From NCBI RefSeq assembly GCF_006345805.1, contig NC_043012.1, positions 18,724,001-18,788,000 of the forward strand: DNA of 64,000 bases, in the 5' to 3' direction. The DNA comes from Octopus sinensis (lineage: Eukaryota). Positions 27,020-41,204 of this stretch are shown piece after piece. Position 1 is the stretch's first letter. Each line of letters starts with the position of its first letter. The position numbers were made by a program, and so were the translations under genes. A model generated the notes under the pieces. The model was not told where the DNA came from. It saw only the letters and a program-made list of their open reading frames with translations, and ran no database searches.

Positions 27020-28870
27020 GCAGATAGACGTGCATACGTACATACATTAATACTTATCCATAAGTAAAAACATAATTAATTGAAAATTAGTTATAATATG
27101 AATTATTTCTAACTAAAACACAGATTTTATCGTTCACGTACCAAATTTTACCGTGCATTGAAATGTTCTTGGGGAACAAATAACCACTTTAATCTATTCT
27201 GAATTTTGTAATTGCTATCTTTCGTAGTAGAACAAATTGGTAGATTTTCTTTGTTGGTCATAAGACAATGCATTTTGGTTGTATCGCATCACTTCAATAT
27301 GAACTTAGTGCGAGCCTTTGCAACTGTTGTAACTGCAGACACATAAATTATAATGTGATCCTCTGGAAACGTAGTCTGTCTACTTTGAATTGTGTCGACT
27401 GATTAATATTTTGCTACACCTGTCCATTTCTCAGTCATTGTTGCTCAACAGACAGCTACATGCAAACCCATATACGTGCTTGTGTTAGTGGTTCGAAGGG
27501 TCTTCACGTTTGTGAGTCTGTAGTAGTAAAAGCTCATATGCGTCATGGGATTTGTTCTCTCTCTATGCGAAAATACTACTTTTGTTGAAACAACAATGAA
27601 TTGCGTGAAATATTTAAAATGAATAATGTTGCGGATATTTCCTTTGTTTCACAGATGAATTAAATTGCTCTTAGAATTCGTTATGTGTTGGTTATATCGT
27701 GATTTTCATAGTTACGTAACTAAGTGCAACAATGAGTGCAGTTCGAACGTAATTCTTTCGATACAATGAAGGAATATACACAACAGCTGCCGATTACGCA
27801 TCGACAAACCATAGATATTGTAGGTTTTGTTTGAGAGTTGATATAGCATTCACAACAAATGGACAATTCCATTCCAGCGCATCATGTATTTGTTATTTTA
27901 TACAGGGACGTAGAAACAGTATCGATTTTCTCCTTTCGCCTGCACGTGATGGAAATTATACCGGAAGATTCCAACAAATGTTTCTTATGTTAAAATCTTT
28001 TGCCATTAATATTTACTCTAATTCGTGAACATAATTTTATATAGAGAAATATGGATAGATAGATATTGATATTTATATACACCACAGTCATACTCACAAA
28101 CACAGACACACAGACACGTATAAACACATACTTATATACATACATACTAACATACATACATACTCACATATAAATATATACATTACACGCACACGCACAC
28201 ATATATTGACAGATTACATCATCTGTAATATAAGTCGTTTTGAATGTATATAGATAATTGCATGATTTTAATTATATGACAGAAATATATTCGGTGCATA
28301 ATCCTGCTTCTAGTCCCACGCGAAGCCTGAAACGCGTATGATATCCTGTATTATGGCCGCGTGCGTTACTCTTACTATTCGAATTATATTGATTTATCAT
28401 TCTAGATTAACGACCATTTTAACAGATAATGTCTAATCTTCGAAAATGATATTTTGAAGTGTCTCATGAAAATTTAGCCATATAAGATATATATTTGTGT
28501 TCTGAGAAAAAAATCATGTCTAAGTCAGCACTGAACATGAATCGGCAAACAAATTATTAAATAGGCAGTTAATGATCACTATAAAACCTGTCGAAATACA
28601 TTGCAACAACGTACGGTCAGCAAAATGTGGATAGTGAAGAAGAAATTCGGTGTTCAATGAATCCCAAGTTCCAAGATGTTGTTCATTATTACACTCCGTA
28701 CAAGTCTCTAATGACCTTCTCCGCTCCAAGTACACAACCCATCGGTACATATGCACACACATGTACATACGTAAACACACACGCAGATGCATCGACATCA
28801 ATATATACATACATATATATATACATATATGCATATACATACATGTATATATATATACACATATACACAT

Positions 28871-28913
<43 letters not shown>

Positions 28914-28931
28914 TATATACAGATATACATA

Positions 28932-29264
28932 AAGACCCCCTTCGGTCATGAGTGACCATGGGTTTGCACCTAGAAAGTTACCCTCCCAGGCACAAGTCTG
29001 GACAAGGTGTTTATGGAAGGCCAGCAGTCGCCCATGCATACCGGCCTCCCTCTCCACGCCACCAGTGTTGTCCAGGGAAAGACAAAGGTCGATACAGCTT
29101 AGCACCAGTGACGTCGCAACTCATTTCTACAGCTGAGTGAACTGGAGCAACGTGAAATAAAGTGTCTTGCTCAAGAACACAACATGCAGCCCGGTCCGGG
29201 ATTCGAGCTCATAACCTCACGATCGTAAGCTCGATGCTCTAACCACTGAGCCATGCGCCTCCAC
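28932..29264 (-). mobile_element. tRNA-derived SINE with CORE-like central block
   Basis: Minus strand starts gtggaggcgcaTGGCTCAGTGGttagagc (A box)...gagcTCGAATCCcgg (B-box-like), then gtgttcttgagcaagacacttt...cagttcactcagctgt. Confidence 0.88.
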
Positions 29265-29294
29265 AGATATACATATATACATACATATATATAT

Positions 29295-29407
<113 letters not shown>

Positions 29408-30490
29408 GTATATGCATCGCTGTGTTTGTGTACATACCGATATTATAAGGGGAGATGTGCACACTGAGAAGATAAATGAGAGGGCAAGTGCAACAAACGT
29501 AGACCAGATATTAGAAATTATTTTGCGCGAACAAAATCAATATCGGATGCAACTGAAACAGTAAGCGTTATAGGAAATTCAATACCAACAGCAGCATCAG
29601 CAGCATCTATATGTATAGCAGCAGCTGCAACACTAGTAGCTTTAGTGAGAACAAGAATATGTTGGATACATAAATAACAGCACCAATTTTATTACACCAG
29701 TAATATAGACGGCCAATCTAACGGAAATCTGGAAAAGCAGATACGTTTCTGTGATTATAGATTTAGACTCTCTTAGCATGCCTGAAACTGCGATATTGTG
29801 CATGTCAAGAGATTATTATAGTAGCCATGTTTTACTTAACTATGAGACTATGTTCAGTTTTAATAACAGAAAATACAGGGAAAATGAGTTTTATTCTCCT
29901 GCGGTAGGGTTAGAGTAGATTAATACACCAAGAGTATCATCGAAATAATTTGCTGAAAACAATAAATTACTAGCCACGAAATAGAAATAACACCCGTATA
30001 TAATCTGTGAATATTGAATAAACCTGTAGCACTTTTCTTACAGCAAGGAGTACAAGGCATTCTGAACACCGTAACAAGAACTACTTATCTGTACAGATCC
30101 GAGAGAGTATTGCGATACCTGCTGTATTTGTTTTCGAAACACATGTAAGTTTTATATATGGTGCATTATCTCTTTAAAGGGGGACTATATCTGAGAAATA
30201 TACTCTTAGCTGTCAGCTATATAGACATCAATGTTATCCACAATAAATTATTGCGTTTGTAGTGGAAGCATGCTGTCTTTGCATACGTAGTACTAAAATA
30301 GTCGCAAAACAGCAATATTATATATCTGTGTTGGTAGTGGCAGAGTAAACGCCTTCAAATTCGAAGTTTCCTGCTTAAAGAAACAAAATGGAAGATTACT
30401 ACAGATACGTGAAATTTAGAACAAAATCTCAGAGTTTGCAAGCCTTAATTATTTTAAGGCCGTCTTGGGGCAAGACAAAAGAGGAGCACT

Positions 30491-30509
30491 CCTCCTCCTC
30501 CTCCATTAC

Positions 30510-30565
<56 letters not shown>

Positions 30566-30568
30566 ATA

Positions 30569-30602
<34 letters not shown>

Positions 30603-30676
30603 CGCCGCCGGCATCTATAACGCCTCCCCCATACCCCCACCACTACCACGACCAGCACCACGAACACCCCATACCC

Positions 30677-30769
<93 letters not shown>

Positions 30770-30770
30770 T
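30491..30770 (+). repeat. Compound trinucleotide repeat (CTC)n-(ACT)n-(GCT)n-(GCC)n...(ACT)n(ACC)n(ACT)n
   Basis: Directly visible; explains ORFs 30388-30789, 30429-30614 and 30643-30855. Confidence 0.95.
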
Positions 30771-33057
30771 TTCTGTATACATAGATTAAGTACCATTGGT
30801 CTGGATAGTTTTTATTCATAAAACATGACATGTGATACAATATTAATATCATCATTAGAATATGTCTAGAATTCAGATCTTACACATTGCTGTATCATGC
30901 ACTCAAGAGTAAGATTAGTAGACTTAGAACCATTAAATTAATGAAATGCTTTTGCAGAGAGAGTTTTGAGAATGTGAGAACTTTGTTGTGATCTCATACA
31001 TAAATGAGTTAATCAAATATATAGATGCATGCATGAGGTTATGTATACATGCATGTCACACACACACATATGTATGTATATGGGCGCTTCTATATATATG
31101 TAGACACACACACATACCTTCCAATGAGTGAACTGGTTTTGAAACTTTCAAGTATTTATATATTTGATATCCTGGCTGCCATCCTTTATTTCCAGAAAAT
31201 GTAATAAATAAAAACATATGTTAGCACACATTTGTTCACTTACATTATGCCGCACTCCCTAGAACTTACAAACACATGAGCGGTCACATACACACGCAAA
31301 AACACACATATGCACACACGTGCACACTTAAAGAGAGATGCACAAACAAAACGTACGTGAATGCATTCATATACTTGCATACACACACATACATATATGT
31401 ATACATACTGGCATACATACATACTTACATACACACACACACATAAGCGCATATATACATTCACGTTAAATCACTGGCGTGCTTACGTGTAGATACAGTC
31501 ATATATTTAGCCATATAGACTAAGTGTCTGTCTCTGTGGGGAAACTGTTAGTATCGGTTGTTTAAGCAAGCAGCAGATTGAGTTAATGGCTTCTATGTTT
31601 ATAGTTTATAGAAGGCAATAATTAGAGAGTTTTGGTTAATTTCGTTGGACGAGAGACAGATATATGATGGCAATTATTTCCATTGGGCAAAAGCATTAAA
31701 GAAAGATCAATAAATAAATACATTTACAAAATAGTCAACATCATATATTATCAGGCTTCAAACCAATGTCCTCATTATAACTTTCATCAATAGAACCCGC
31801 ATACGTGTTCATCCGTGTTCCTTGACATAGTCTCCGAAGCCATCTCTTTGCTATTCGCATGACAAAAAGGCACTAACATCATCACCAATGTGGTGAGAAT
31901 AGGATCAAATAATGCCTCTGATCATATCCTAAAATTTGTATCACATAGTCTATACAGTTCTTGATAAAGAATCTGAAACAACTAAATTATCAAGATTGGA
32001 GTATCATTTATCATAGGTCATTTCGTTCAGCAAATATGGCCCCACTATCTCATCTAATAACACCGTATTAAGCACCATTAATACCGCCACATCATCACTC
32101 ATACCTTTTTAACCCCGACGGAATCAGCAGCAGCTGACATGACACTTGCAGTATCAAAACGTGTACCAATAACACAATCACCAATAACAGGGTCATTAGC
32201 ATTTTGAACAAAATAACATGAATAACCACAAAAGGATAAACATTATTATTTGGATGGGAAAAGTGATGATTTTGTTAACGAGTACGTTCGTAAGTATATT
32301 TCCGGTACGCTATTGGATGCGTGTTATTAATTGAATTAGGAATTTCTCTCTATTTACCAATCCTCTAATTTAGCACTTCACTCTTGACCCAATCACATAA
32401 ACAGCTGCCACGCAGAACTGGGTACAAACGCAAACATTCTGTCCAAGCAATAACTGACTTTTTTACATTCAGCGACTTATCATTTATGTTCATTTCCGTA
32501 CCTCTTTCACGTTGATGCGAGTTCACTGATTTAGTGGCATGTTGATGACAACGAAATGCATAGACTGGTGTTGAGACATATACATGTGAGCCGTCTAAAA
32601 ATGTTCAAAGAATATGTAATGAATAATTCAGAGGAAATTGATTGAAAGATTTCAAATCAAGGTCTTATAATTAAATTGCTTTGTGACTATGTTCTGTTGG
32701 CATATTCAACACTATGACGGAGAAATGATGAGTACACGTTGAGGGGATAGCTGTGATCACGAGGCATTTCAGGTACTAGTTACAAGTATGTTATAAATAC
32801 AATAGCGGTGTTGTGCTAGCATAGTGAAATGAATAAGCAAACGTTTATTCAAAAGTATGATTAATATTGAGCACGGATTGTTATGAGAAATTTTGTAAGT
32901 ATAAATATCGTCAAATATTCTACGGGAAAATAATAATTTACAGAGATATCAACATATCTGCTACTGTCATTGATAATGAGCACATTTAAATTCAGTGGTT
33001 CCCATTTGTGTACATGACACCAAGTGAGTGACTGAACGTTAATGTACTTCGTATAAT

Positions 33058-33265
33058 TAAGGTGGTTTGTTGGTAAAATCGTTACTACGCCGGGCAAAAA
33101 TCTTAACGGCATTTCCTCCGCCTTTACTTTCTGAGTTCAAATTCGGAAATTGCCTTTCATATTTTCGTGGTCGATAAAATAAGTACCAATTGAGCACTAG
33201 CATCGATCTCATAGATTAAACCCTTTACACAGCACTGCTTTTCTAGTGCCAAAACTTGAAGTCAA
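33058..33265 (+). mobile_element. SINE family A, diverged copy
   Basis: aaggtggtttgttggtaaaatcgttactacgccgggc...ctgagttcaaatt...ttgcctttcat...ggtcgataaaataagtacca. Confidence 0.82.
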
Positions 33266-35079
33266 TATACAACGTGTTATAAAAGTAAATATCTACAGTA
33301 AACATTCCTAGTACCCAATGATACATGTTCTATAAGTTGTAATGACAAACGTTATCGTCATTGATTCCTTGTTGAAAAGTCCACGAACTTACCGACGTAA
33401 AATTTGCTTGCTTTTGGAGGAATCACCTGTGTTGGAAGTATTTATGTCAATTACTGTTTTAGGAATATCTTCTCACGCTTTTGCCCCGTCATGATCCCCT
33501 GAAAGAGCCCTCGGCGCTGTCATTCCTCATCTAAGTTATTAAAAAGAGCAAACAAATAAGAGGAAGAGTAAAACTAAACGTTTGTAATATTCAGAATTTA
33601 AATAAAACAAAGATTACGAATATTTAATAGCTTGAATAACTTGAATTAATTTATTTGGTTGAAAAATTTGTGAGCATTTTGAAAAAAAAAGTTAATTCCG
33701 TTAAGATGGCCTATCACGGAAATATGCTAACATGACAAAAATGTAAATATATTTTCACGCACGGCAAACACATATTAAGCAGAATATGTGAGTGACTTAA
33801 TTTTATCTTTTATTTTAGTTTTATTTTGCTTGAACAGGTTTCCATTTAAGAGCTGAAACTGCACCGAAGGGAAATGAGAAAAGAGAAAGGAAATTCATTT
33901 TTTAATATATTGTTTAAACATTTATCCTATTGTTTTAGCAAGATCAAAGAATAAAAGCTTTTAAAAATAATCGCTTAATGTTACACTTACAGCATGCAAT
34001 TTGATAGTTATTGGTACTAAAATATTGTGTGTGACGAAACCTTTGATATATCATAATTAATAACACAATATAACATACACATATATAGAATCTTATACAC
34101 ACCACCTACACATCATTTCGTTGAGATGACGTTTGCTACACAAACAAATATTTTGTTAATAGCCACACTTTAGAATTCGCAATTATTATGGAACACAATA
34201 CTACTTGATGTCCGGTACTGACTTTCTGCATAACCTGACAGGTGATAATTGGTCTGTGTTTTAAAAATTCTGTTAGAAATTCCCTAGTGTTCTGACTGAT
34301 TAATGCAGGCATTCACCGATGTTTAGTTGAGCGTGTCAATAAGAATGTGTTGGCCTCAGGAGAATCACTGCGGTCCATTTACTGTAATAAGTGTCAATCT
34401 AAAATTATTCGCTCTATGTACGAACACATTAGAGTTGTATATTGTTGGCCATTACTTCAATATCTCAGAGAGTTTCAATAGATCACACAGAGGAAAAGAG
34501 CCATAGTATAACATGTGTGATTAGTACACGAAGATTGATGGCAGTTGCAAAAATAGGACAAATAAATGCATGCATTCAATTAAATTTTTTAGATTCTTGA
34601 GATTAAAAAGAATAAATGATGTACTCACTAGTACTGACTGTTCTGTTTCGATGATTAAGAAATGCGCACTCGCATATCGTTGCTGAACAATATGCATTAT
34701 GTAATACAGGATGCAAACAGGTCAGTAGTTTGAACAGCCTCAACACTTTAGATAAGATCTGTATTCTTTAGATTGCCAAACAGAAAGTATAGGTCTTGAC
34801 ATTTTATCTTCCAGTACAGTACGCATTAGAACTAGCACTTATCAGAGTAACATCAAACGTTTCTCTTTCCCTTCCGCTCTCACTATCTTCACGAATTATA
34901 CAACTCGATATCTATGCAAGTTTTCTATTCCATTGATTTCTAACATCTGAAAGGCGATGTAGTGCTCATATACACAAGACAGTCCAGCATCTTGAATCTT
35001 TCTCCTATTCTCATGTTATAATTTCAATGTAGTACTGAACACTGTGATTCTTCATGTTGTTGTACACGGGTAAATTGAT

Positions 35080-35158
35080 CAGGTGGCAGAATCGTTAGCA
35101 TTCCGGACAGAATCGTTAGCGGCATTTGTTCGGGTTTTATGTTCTGAGTTCAAATGAA
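35080..35158 (+). mobile_element. SINE family A head fragment
   Basis: ggtggcagaatcgttagcattccggacag...ttagcggcattt...gttctgagttcaaat. Confidence 0.75.
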
Positions 35159-35354
35159 CGGTTAAATAGATTATTTTCGCAATTTAGACCTAACGATGCA
35201 GGGCGTCCAGCTACCTGATATATATGAATTAGTAATGTATCCTGCGAAATAAACATTCGAGGTAAATGGTTCACATTCGCATTTATTCATAAAATACGAT
35301 CTGTGATTTTCACAAATTCATGTGAAAAGGTTAAACAGTGGTTTAAAATATGTA

Positions 35355-35410
35355 ATGTATTTCTTGGGTAGGCGATCATCTAAATGTATTTCTTCGGTAG
35401 GCGATAATCT
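35355..35410 (+). repeat. 29-bp tandem duplication
   Basis: atgtatttcttgggtaggcgatcatctaa / atgtatttcttcggtaggcgataatct. Confidence 0.9.
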
Positions 35411-36350
35411 TTGCCTACGCTTTACCATCCAAATAAAGTTTCCTTTTTTATAAGCATTATTTAAGAAGGGTCTGGCTGTGACTTAAATGCAACAGTTAGT
35501 TGCCATTGTAATCCGGATATAGCAGTACTTCGGCAGGATATATATTATATAGTTCATCGCAGTCACTACCTTTCAATGTGACAAAGCCTTTATCATGGGT
35601 ATTAACAAAGGGCTTTGTATTTTCAAATGATAGAAACCCAGTTAAAATTATATATACACTTGCCTAATCTTACAGGGATATATCTTACATTCTCAAGTCT
35701 GTTGTCTACTGCCAGTTACTTCATGTGTATGGATGGAGGGAATTGGCTAAAAGAAGAGGTGAATCTGAATCACAAAATCAGTATCTTTCTAGCGACAACA
35801 ACACAGCATGATGAACGTTGCTATTCATATATATATTCCTTCGAAAAAAGTTAGATATACTTACATAAATTTAATATGAATTTACAGCCACGCGTGACAC
35901 AAATAATAATTCATGATATACGAATAATTGCATGCCATGCTAGGAATGCCTAAAACCATATATTCAATAAATAGGTATGCATAAACATAATAACGTACAA
36001 ACGCATAACCAAATATGCTTCAACAAATATACATTGTCCTATACAGAACCACATAGATGTATATATGTATCAAATATTTATCTTTTGCAATTAGCTATAC
36101 CCTTTGTATACATGAAATATATGAATTTCCGTGCTAGAATTTTCTAGAAAGGTTTATTTACATGACACCACATATCAACATCTTCTCCGTTCAGGGAAAA
36201 ATAATGGAATAAACCATCACGCAAGTAGACTCAAAAAGAGACTATTAAATCGTAGTTTCCAAGGTATTCTGCAATCAAGGTATCGATTTAGTATTCGTTC
36301 CCGGTAGTTTATATTTATCGAATGCTAACAACATAACACTAACCTATCTC

Positions 36351-36656
36351 CTATTCAATAAATATAATTCTGTGTGCTACAGGGAGTGCAAATAACTTTA
36401 TCGGCGTCGACATGGTGGTTATGTTGAGAAATTCACTTTCAAGGAAACAAATTCCAGGTTCAATCCATTTCTCAACATCTCCAGGAATTGTCGATTCATA
36501 AACTTTCGGTCGACTGAACCAATTCGACTGAAATTTAGTAGACAGTAGACAAACTTTGTTCCATTTCGTAACACGACATTTAACAGTTATTTGAAGCTGC
36601 AATTTAGTCGCACAAGTTAACAATCTAACATTTCCAGGTGGCCTGCCTACAAGAGT
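36351..36656 (-). CDS. Candidate terminal coding exon (101 aa + stop), unrecognised product
   Basis: Non-repetitive open frame directly after an acceptor-like site (ctcactgattgattttttgcag|ACT), phase 0. No recognised motif; this length is reachable by chance. Confidence 0.18.
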   Translation of the reverse strand, partial: TLVGRPPGNVRLLTCATKLQLQITVKCRVTKWNKVCLLSTKFQSNWFSRPKVYESTIPGDVEKWIEPGICFLESEFLNITTMSTPIKLFALPVAHRIIFIE

Positions 36657-37687
36657 CTGCAAAAAATCAATCAGTGAGTTACACAAGTCTTCAGCATGAG
36701 TATAATTTTATTATCGTACAATCAAAATTGAAGAAATTTCAATGAAGCTGGTCGAAATTTTACGTAAAAGAAGCTAAGTTGATGATTAAAATGCTTTAGA
36801 GAGGTATACAATAGGCTGTACTTTCTAGAACTACTCATGTTTTCCGTTTAGTAGGTTTCTTGTTGACTAAATTATTGTACTAAAATTGCACCTAAAATCT
36901 CTAATTCCTAAAAGAAAACAACTAATTAATATAATATTTCATTAGACATATTTCCACCAAAATGGGGAAAATCGAATATAAATTATTATGGCGTTAATAT
37001 GTGCAAAACTTTCTCTAACCATCCAAGAACACAATGGTATATTCCAAAGAAAGCATATACAACAGAAGAGTTTACATGAAAATAAGCAGTTTATAGCACA
37101 ACGTTTTATGGCGTCGCTTGTAATATTTTAGCATGGAACATGTGAATTCAATGCTATTATATACCTTATCCAATTTCCTTTTACTGGTTTCATTCAGGAA
37201 ACAATATTTCACAGAGAACAATATAAAGTTAGAAAATCCAGAAATTACTTTTTTTCTTGTTTGTTTATGTTTAAAGCTTATTATAAACATGGTGATTATT
37301 TCCTTTTAATCATGCTAACGGCTCCAGACGTTTATTCACAACAGATTCTATCTTGCAGAAATTCATATGATCATATTGTATCTGCAAGAGCCATCAGACC
37401 TGCCGACAGGAATGCTAAACTCGAATATTCATTAAACTTATAAATAACTTTTCTTTCGAAATATTTTCTTATTCCCACTTGTTTCTGCTCTTCGCTGAAT
37501 TGGTTTACCGTTGAGACATAGTTTTATGTTCCATTAAATGAGCAGTGAGTTCAGCGAAGATCAACATTGTTTGAAGAAGAAGCAAATTTAATATTATGCC
37601 GAACATTCTTAGTTATATAAAGAAATAGTGAATTACAAGACAGTTTGCTTTAAAACAATTCAATGAGGTAGAATTTTTTTTATTAGA

Positions 37688-37955
37688 GATTTATATTCAA
37701 AAAGGACATACCAAAAATAGATAACCATTAAAAGTAAAATAATGGTAAGAATTTATGTATGTATGTATGCATGTATGTATGCATGTTTGTATACATGTTT
37801 GTATGTATGCATGGTTGTATGCATCTATGTATGTATGTATCTATCTATCTATCTATCTACCTATCTATCTATTTTTCTGCTTGCCTATCTGTGTGTCTGT
37901 CTATCTGTCTGTCTATTTATCCATCAAGCTGTCTGTCTATATGTTTGTATGTCTG

Positions 37956-38028
<73 letters not shown>

Positions 38029-38160
38029 ATATCTGTCTCTCTATCTCTCTCTCTCTATCTATCTCTCTCTCTATCTATCTATCTGTCTATCTATGCATCG
38101 ATCTATATGTCTGTCTGTCTATTTATCTATCTATCTAGCTATCTATCCAACTATCTACGT
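37688..38160 (+). repeat. 71-bp leader plus compound (ATGT)n(ATCT)n microsatellite, copy 1
   Basis: Leader is 66/71 identical to 41935-42005; both copies are followed by the same repeat succession. Confidence 0.88.
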
Positions 38161-38271
38161 TTAACTATATATATATATATATTCTTCTCGATGTATTAAT
38201 ACATCACCCTGGGTATCTATTTACCTAGGTACATATACATGTGTGTGTATGTATGTATGTATGTATGTATG

Positions 38272-38303
<32 letters not shown>

Positions 38304-38878
38304 TGCATGTGTGTATACGGATAGACATACATATCTCTCTCGCTATGTCTCCTTAGATATGTGTGTGTGTGTGTGCGTATGTGTGTTTTATTGTGTGTGT
38401 TGGCGAAACCGCTCTTGAGTTGAAAGTAATAATAGTTGAAAGTAATAAAGCAAAATGCGTAAATTATAGTTGCAAAATTATCGATACTACAACGCGGTGA
38501 TCTATTTGACATGTAATATTTATTGTTAATGGTATTTATGTTAGCCTAAATAGACTGTTCCAAGTTTACACATAGACATAGACACACATACACATAAATA
38601 CATCAAGCATGCATATGCATATTAAACAAGTTAATAAAATCGTGCGCCGCTATTTTTTCCCAGATTAGAAAATACTAACACTTGTTTCTATTGCATAAAG
38701 GAATCGGGGATCCTTAGATGTGATTCTGTTTCCCGATTCCTTTCTGTTATAATTACCAGTAAAATTCTGCCTATTTTCGACGGGATTACATTTCAATGCA
38801 GAAACATTTTATCTATACATCTTTAAAGCATTTAAAACTGCCACACCGAAAGTAATACATACATACATATATACAATA

Positions 38879-39040
38879 GGCGCAGGAGTGGCTGTGTGGT
38901 AAGTAGCTTGCTAACCAACCACATGGTTCCGGGTTCAGTCCCACTACGTGGCATCTTAGGCAAGTTTCTTCTGCTATAGCCCCGGGTCGACCAATGCCTT
39001 GTGAGTGGATTTGGTAGACGGAATCTGAAAGAAGCCTGTC

Positions 39041-39076
<36 letters not shown>

Positions 39077-39293
39077 TTGTGTGTCTGTGTTTGTCCCCCT
39101 AGCATTGCTTGACAACCGGTTTTGGTGTGTTTGCGTCCCCGTCACTTAGCGGTTCGGCAAAAGAGACCGATAGAATAAGTACTGGACTTACAAAAGAATA
39201 AGTCTCGGGCTCGAGATGTTCGAGATGTTCGATTAACGGCGGTGCTCCAGCAAGGCCGCAGTCAAATGACTGAAACAAGTTAAAGAGTAAAAA
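38879..39293 (+). mobile_element. SINE family B, full length, with internal (TA)n(TG)n
   Basis: ggcgcaggagTGGCTGTGTGG (A box)...GGTTCAGTCCC (B box); 3' half shared with 15140 and 42165. Confidence 0.92.
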
Positions 39294-39314
39294 GTGTATA
39301 CATACATACATACG

Positions 39315-39367
<53 letters not shown>

Positions 39368-39459
39368 ATAAATATATATATATATATATATACACATACA
39401 TATAAATACATACATACACACACATATATATATATACATACATACATAAATATATGTAT

Positions 39460-39516
<57 letters not shown>

Positions 39517-39590
39517 TGTGTTTGTGTGTGTGTGTTTATCTGTGTGTGTGTGTGTACGTACGCATGTGAGTGTGTGTGTGTGTGTAGTGA

Positions 39591-39893
39591 AGGCGCATAG
39601 CCGAGTGGTTAATTTGATGTGCCCACGATTTCGAGATTGTGGTTTCGAGTCCCAGACCGGACGTTTAGTTTTGTTCTAGAGCAAAAGGCTTCATGTCCCG
39701 TTGTTCTGCGATCATTTCGACATGTGTCACGTGAGACCCATTTGCACTTCTGATGGTAATGTCGATCTGATGAAAGGAGTGAAATAACGTGCAAACAAGC
39801 ATTTGATCAATATCAACAAATCATCTGTGTACTTGTTCGATAAGTAAGGAATTGCCGAACCCTCATACGTCGTCTAACGACGGGAGAGTCCAT
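39591..39893 (+). mobile_element. tRNA-derived SINE, family C
   Basis: aggcgcaTAGCCGAGTGG (A box)...GGTTTCGAGTCC (B-box-like), then ttctagagcaaaagg; the end point is approximate. Confidence 0.75.
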
Positions 39894-40067
39894 TGTATAT
39901 ATTTGTATGTATGTATGTATGTATGTATGTATGTATGTATGTATGTGTATGTATGTATGTATGTATGTATGTATGTATGAATGTATGTATGTATGTAGGC
40001 ATGCATGCATGTATGTATGTATGTATGTATGTATGTATGTAGGTAGGTAGGTAGGTAGGTATGTAGA

Positions 40068-40300
40068 AGGCGGCGAGCTGGCAGAAACGTTAGCACGCCG
40101 GGCGAAATGCTTAGCGGTATTTTGTCTGTCGTTACCTTCCGAGTTCAAATTCCGCCGAGTCCGACTTTGCCTTTCATCCTTTCGGGGTCGATAAATTAAG
40201 TACCAGTTACCTACTGGGGTCGATGTAATCGACTCAATACTTATGTTTGTCCTTGTTTCTCCCCTCTGTGTTTAGCTCCACGTTTGTAATAAAGAAATAG
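40068..40300 (+). mobile_element. SINE family A, near full length
   Basis: ggcggcgagctggcagaaacgttagcacgccgggcgaaatgcttagcgg...gagttcaaattccgccgag...gtcgataaattaagtaccagtt...aaagaaatagg. Confidence 0.93.
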
Positions 40301-41074
40301 GTATGTATGTATATATGTATATATATAAATATATATGGGTGTGTGTATTTATTTATATATATATTTTTAAAAAATTATATAGACATCCATATGTAGAGAG
40401 AAGGGGAGGAGAGTGAGCGAGAAAGATAGAGAAAATTATAGGAAGATAGATAGGCAGAGAGTTAGATAACATCTCTTGGAGCCCAGCAAATTTTTGCATT
40501 CCTTATCCACAAAGTGATATGATTTTAAGTTTTACTGTTTTAAATTATACTTTTTTATTATTCAATTCATTACCTTACAAACTCATCAACGTCTCTTTGT
40601 GTGCATTGGTACAGATTTTCCTAGTCATATCTGTAAATATACAAATAAGTGCTTCTATTTCGTGTTGTATATGTTTTTTCTCTCCTCAAATTTATAGTTA
40701 TCATGTATTTTACTGCTGAATGTTGATTTTCCTATCTGTTTTCTGTTACATTTAGTGTATATGCATATTAATATGCTCGGCGAATATTTATTAGAAATAC
40801 GGATCAATATACAGTGTGAACTTTAACATCGGTTGGTCTTCCAGAAGGAGATATAAATCAGTCTAGTCACCCGCTCATACAAACAGAAAAATTACACAAG
40901 ATTGAGTGTATGAATTTCAGTGATAAACTGCAATTTTTTAAACAACTATAAGCACCAGACACATAACGAGTTTTTAATGCTATTGTACTTTGTTTCTCTC
41001 TTTCTCTCCATTTCCATTTATTGAGGTACACACTTAGACATATATACACACATTTCTTCGAATTTATCTATCTA

Positions 41075-41125
<51 letters not shown>

Positions 41126-41204
41126 ACATACATACATACATACATACATACATACATACATACATACATACATACATACGTAAATACATACATACATGGA
41201 AATA

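Noticed and set aside
28300-28345. gaaacgcgta, resembling a hammerhead 3' half
   Set aside because: No CUGANGA upstream; better explained as an acgcg/cgcgt hairpin.
29190-29264. tRNA-like sequence on the minus strand (also 38879 and 39591 on plus)
   Set aside because: A and B boxes are present, but cloverleaf stems are broken and each continues into a SINE body.
30388-30789. 133-aa ORF with poly-S/T/A/P runs (mucin-like look)
   Set aside because: Openness comes from triplet repeats; no splice or homology support.
31790-31860. Minus-strand GFGDYV, like a potassium-channel pore motif
   Set aside because: Bracketed by stops in that frame and lacks the preceding pore helix.
33505-33535. ctgaaagagccctcggcgctgtc
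   Set aside because: Core has an extra base, GAAA is absent and stem I does not pair.
37489-37560. 11-bp inverted repeat tcttcgctgaa/ttcagcgaaga (pre-miRNA or MITE candidate)
   Set aside because: The interior pairs poorly, and about one such repeat is expected by chance in 64 kb.
39765-39795. ctgatgaaaggagtgaaa
   Set aside because: No stem II or III; lies inside a SINE.
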